Part shown: piece by piece, positions 60,180 to 64,000 of the stretch
Position numbering within the stretch: the stretch's first letter is position 1
Layout: every line of letters begins with the position of its first letter
NCBI RefSeq assembly: GCF_964194025.1
Contig: NC_134475.1
Span: 11,408,001-11,472,000, forward strand
Length of the DNA: 64,000 nt
Direction of reading: 5' to 3'
From: Convolutriloba macropyga
Lineage: Eukaryota
The notes under the pieces: generated by a model
Told to the model about the DNA's origin: nothing
Seen by the model: the letters and a program-made list of their open reading frames with translations, nothing else
The model's database searches: none
Position numbers and translations under genes: made by a program

Positions 60180-63100
60180 TGATTGCAGAAAATTTTAACA
60201 GTTATTCGAAAGCAGATTTTTTAAAAAAATTATTGCGATCTTTATCAAAAATTAGAAGAGAAGGACAGTCTCATCGCCGAGCATGTGGTAACCGTGAGTG
60301 AATTCCTTGAAAAATCGGCACAGGTAACAACTACTTCAACTATAATAACACCAACGATTAACACGAGTGCAAATTAACACGAGTGCAAAAAAATGACCTT
60401 TTATTTGAAAGTTTGAAACATTAAAGATCGAGGAGAAAACAGAAAATTTTTTAATTGGTAGTAGTATCATCAAACACCTGGCAAGAAATCGAACATTTCC
60501 TCAGGACTGCAGTATACAAGCTTACCCAGGCTCGACGACAAAGGAAAAACTGCAATTATTACAGGGTTACGACCAAAAAAATATGAAAACAGTCATTTTA
60601 CAGGATGGGACCAACGCTATTCTAATACAAAAAAGTAATCATTTCGAAACATTATTCTCAGATTACAAAGATCCTGTCTCTGCAAAAAAAAACTTCAGCC
60701 CAGAGACATTGGTATTGATGGAAGTGCCTCCTTTAAAAAAATTGCCGAAAAACGAACAGACAAACAACAAAATTTACGAATTCAATGAAAAACTGCGAGA
60801 GTATATTACACAAGAAAACACTGAAAAAATCAAAGAACTTCCTGTCTGCAACATGTTGAGTCAAATGGCAAATTACAACGCTCTCTTTTACGATGATATA
60901 CATTTCAATTTTCAGCACGGAGTTCCGATCATTAAAAATGCAGTTTTAATTCATTTTTTTATCTTGTTCGTTTACAACCTTTGCATTATTCTCAAAGTGC
61001 ATACGTGAGTAGGGCTATCATTTACAAACCATAGAGGCAAACAAATCGTTATACAAATGGATTTTAGCTACAGTTTCTGTTGTTTTTAAGCTATTTTGCA
61101 ACGTGTAATGATTTTTAATCAGATATAGCCAAAAATGGCAGGTATTCGACTCATAGTTATACTATGTGTAAAAATCATATCCTCCGATAGTATTTCAGAA
61201 ATTTTTTTACAGTTTTCCTTCTGCATCTCGAATGCCTTCATTCAATGGAAGCTGTAACAGCAAACAAAGTTCTTTTACATCCAAATGCAACCTTTCCTTT
61301 TCTTGGTTGTTATATGGTACCTTCTACTAAAAAGTAGTGGCATCGAAATAAACCCTGGACGAGTTTTGCCATATGCACTTATGATGAAAAAGTTAAAATC
61401 GTTAGATTCCAGAATAAAAATTCTACATCAAAACGCCAGAAGTTTAGCAGGACAACAACTGCTGTTGAAAGAACTCATTCAGGACATTGGTTACAACTGC
61501 ATATAAGCGTTTAGTGAAACATGGTTGTCACAAAACCATCCGGAAGAATTTTGGCACCTAGATAAGCAAAATTTTGACTGTTTTCGAAAAGATCGCATCC
61601 AAACAACAAAAACAAAAGGTGGTGGTATTATCATGTACATTCCGAAAGTAATGAAAACTCGTCTCCGCGATGATCTCAAATGCTTTCCGGATACAAATTT
61701 TGAAAGTTTATGGGTTGAGTTGAGCATACAAAAAAGAAATGCGTTTTGAATTTATCATACTGTCCCGAAAAAAACTTGTAAAGATGTTTTTGGAAAAATT
61801 GGTCCTGGGAATTGATCTTGCTATGGCTGAGGAAAAATCTGTCATACTTGGTGGAGACTACAACTTAAACTATTTTGCAAAGCGCGACAGAAGTCGGCTA
61901 CAATCTGTAATTTCTCCATATGATCTTAAACCAACGAATAATGATACAGCTACAAGAATGACTAACTCTTCTTCAACACTTATCGATTATATCATAACAG
62001 ACGATTACGAAATAGGCATAGTAGCGGATACGATTTTGAAAACTGATCATTTTGCAACAATCACAGTTCTTAAATCTTTGATGCTAAAATCAAAAACAAC
62101 AAAGAAAAAATTTGTTGACAAAAAAACTATTCAGCCATAGCATTCCAAAATTTAATTGAAAATTCAGACTGGAGACAATTTTACGGTGCAGTGACAGGAG
62201 ATATGATGTTATTAGAATTTCAAAGAATTATTGAAACAGCATTAGCACTACATGCTCCAATTAAAGCCTGTTATATTAGAACAGAAAAACCAAAATTTTT
62301 GCTTCAAGAAAAATGGCTATGTGAGGAAACAAAAAGACAGTTTTCAAGAAATAGCCATGATGAAACTAAAAACGATTTAACTCGTCAAAAAGAAAAAAAA
62401 CTTCTTTCAAGTTTTATAGAGTTAAACAGTGAAAAAGCCAGATGGAAATTCAATCAAGATCTTCGTAATAAAGAAAAGACTCAAACAAGAATTCAATCTT
62501 TATTAAACAGTTTTGGTGATAAGATAACAAAGCCCATGGAAATTTCAAATCTTCTAAATTGAAGATTTTCCACTCTAGGAGAACTCATTGGCTTGCAACA
62601 AACAAACAACATTCCTCCTAAAACTGCTCCGAGAAAGTGTTTCAAGTTCCGATATATAACAACCAGGGAAACAAATGTGCTCATAGATTCATTGAATACA
62701 AGTAAACCAATCGGTCCTTCAAAAATAACAGCTTGGGCAATAAAAAATGCTAAAGCAGCGCTAGCAATCACTATGTTATCTCATTAATCAGTTCATTACA
62801 GAAGGAAAATTTCCAGAAGATCTTAAAAACGCTTGTGTAACTCCACTCTTCAAAAAAGGGAATCCCGAAGACCCACTCAATTATAGACCTATTTCTGTCA
62901 CTTCTGCTTTGTCAAAAAATTTTTAAAAGGCGTTCAGTTCACAAATCACAAGTTTCCTAGAAAGGGTTCAATTATTGTCTGCTAGTCAATTTGGTTATAG
63001 AAAACAAATTTCAACAATTGATGCTATCCTGAAATCGACAGAACAAATAAGATTAGAACTCAACAAGAAAAAAAATGTTACAGGGTTGATTTTAGATCTT

Positions 63101-64000
63101 TCAAAGTCTTTTGATTCTATAAACCACAAAATACTGTTACGGAGACTTGAAAAAAAATAGGTTTTGACGAACACGCTACCAATTTAATAGAGAATTATTT
63201 GAGTGAAAGAACGCAGAGAGTTGTTCTGAATGGAATTAAATCAGATATTATCCATTCCTTTCAGTTGTTCTGAATGGAATGGATAAATTTGAAAAGAAGA
63301 GCTCCACAAGGTACTATTTTAGGACCTCTATTATTTAACATTTACGTCAACGGTTTAGCAAAGAATGTAGAAAAGGATTGCACGGTCGTACAGTACGCAG
63401 GCGACATTTTTCTTTTTACATCGGACACTGATGAAATATCGTCAAAAACAAAACTTGAACATAACATCTCAAAAATTATTGACTTTTTTGCTAAGTCCCA
63501 GTTAGTAGTGAACAAACAAAAAACAGAATATATTGTGTTCAGCACCAGGAAGAGGTTAACAAATACTGTTCTAAATGTCGAAAATGAAAGAATAGCAGAA
63601 TCCAATAGTGTGAAGTATCTTGCCGTAATTTTTGATAGCAAACTAAAATTTGATGGAGAAGTGAAAAAGATTCTTCAGAGAATGGCTTGTGGAAAAAAAG
63701 TTTCGAATACACTAAGTAAAAGTTTACCAGAGAAAACGAAAGTCTTATTATTTATTGCAATAGTAATAAGTCATCTACATTATTCCGCTCTAATTCTGAT
63801 ATAGTTGCAAAAGTCATTACTCACAACTTTAGAAAAACATCTGAATTGGGGAATAAAATCCATTTTTAATAGAAAATACGATCGGTCTACAGATCTCAAA
63901 CTTCGGAACAAAATACTACCAGTTTTTTTCTCTTGAAATACCATTGCTCAAAATATATTTTCTCGCTTACTCAGCAACGACCTTCCAGTATATAAAATTG
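60180..64000 (+). mobile_element. L2/CR1-group LINE with SGNH-esterase ORF1 and EN-RT ORF2, disrupted, running off the window
   Basis: ORF1: IGSSII, VILQDGTNA, DDIHFN. ORF2: LLKSSGIEINPG, HQNARSL, ETW, GGGI, GGDYNLN, TLIDYI, TDHF, QFGYRK, LDLSKSFDSINH, PQGTILGPLLF and YAGD. Confidence 0.9.

Overview
This is AT-rich, repeat-dense eukaryotic (animal-like) genomic DNA with two assembly gaps (8889-9088, 44520-44749) and no prokaryotic features. Most of the window is transposon-derived: two copies of one BEL/Pao LTR retrotransposon insertion within a ~9 kb segmental duplication, several decayed CR1/L2-group LINEs (some tandemly amplified), a Penelope-like element, a gypsy-type gag remnant and small TIR elements. 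Two host genes can be reconstructed exon by exon on the minus strand. One is the first four coding exons of a retinoblastoma-family (p107/p130-like) gene (9103-9891, short GT-AG introns). The other is the 3' part of a DEG/ENaC channel that carries LDL-receptor class A modules (49474-54524). The main observation is in the DEG/ENaC gene. Three consecutive introns are best placed at non-canonical donors (AG|GA, AG|GC, AG|GG). In each, the first 15-22 nt are complementary to a sequence ending about 12-16 nt before the 3' AG. The stem sequence differs in each intron, and nearly all substitutions between arms are G-U pairs on the transcribed strand. This suggests that splice sites are defined by long-range pairing of the intron ends; this is an inference that needs cDNA confirmation. 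A 158-bp AGTAGT...ACTACT element with a 6-bp target duplication (Polinton-like termini) has a visible empty site in the paralogous copy.
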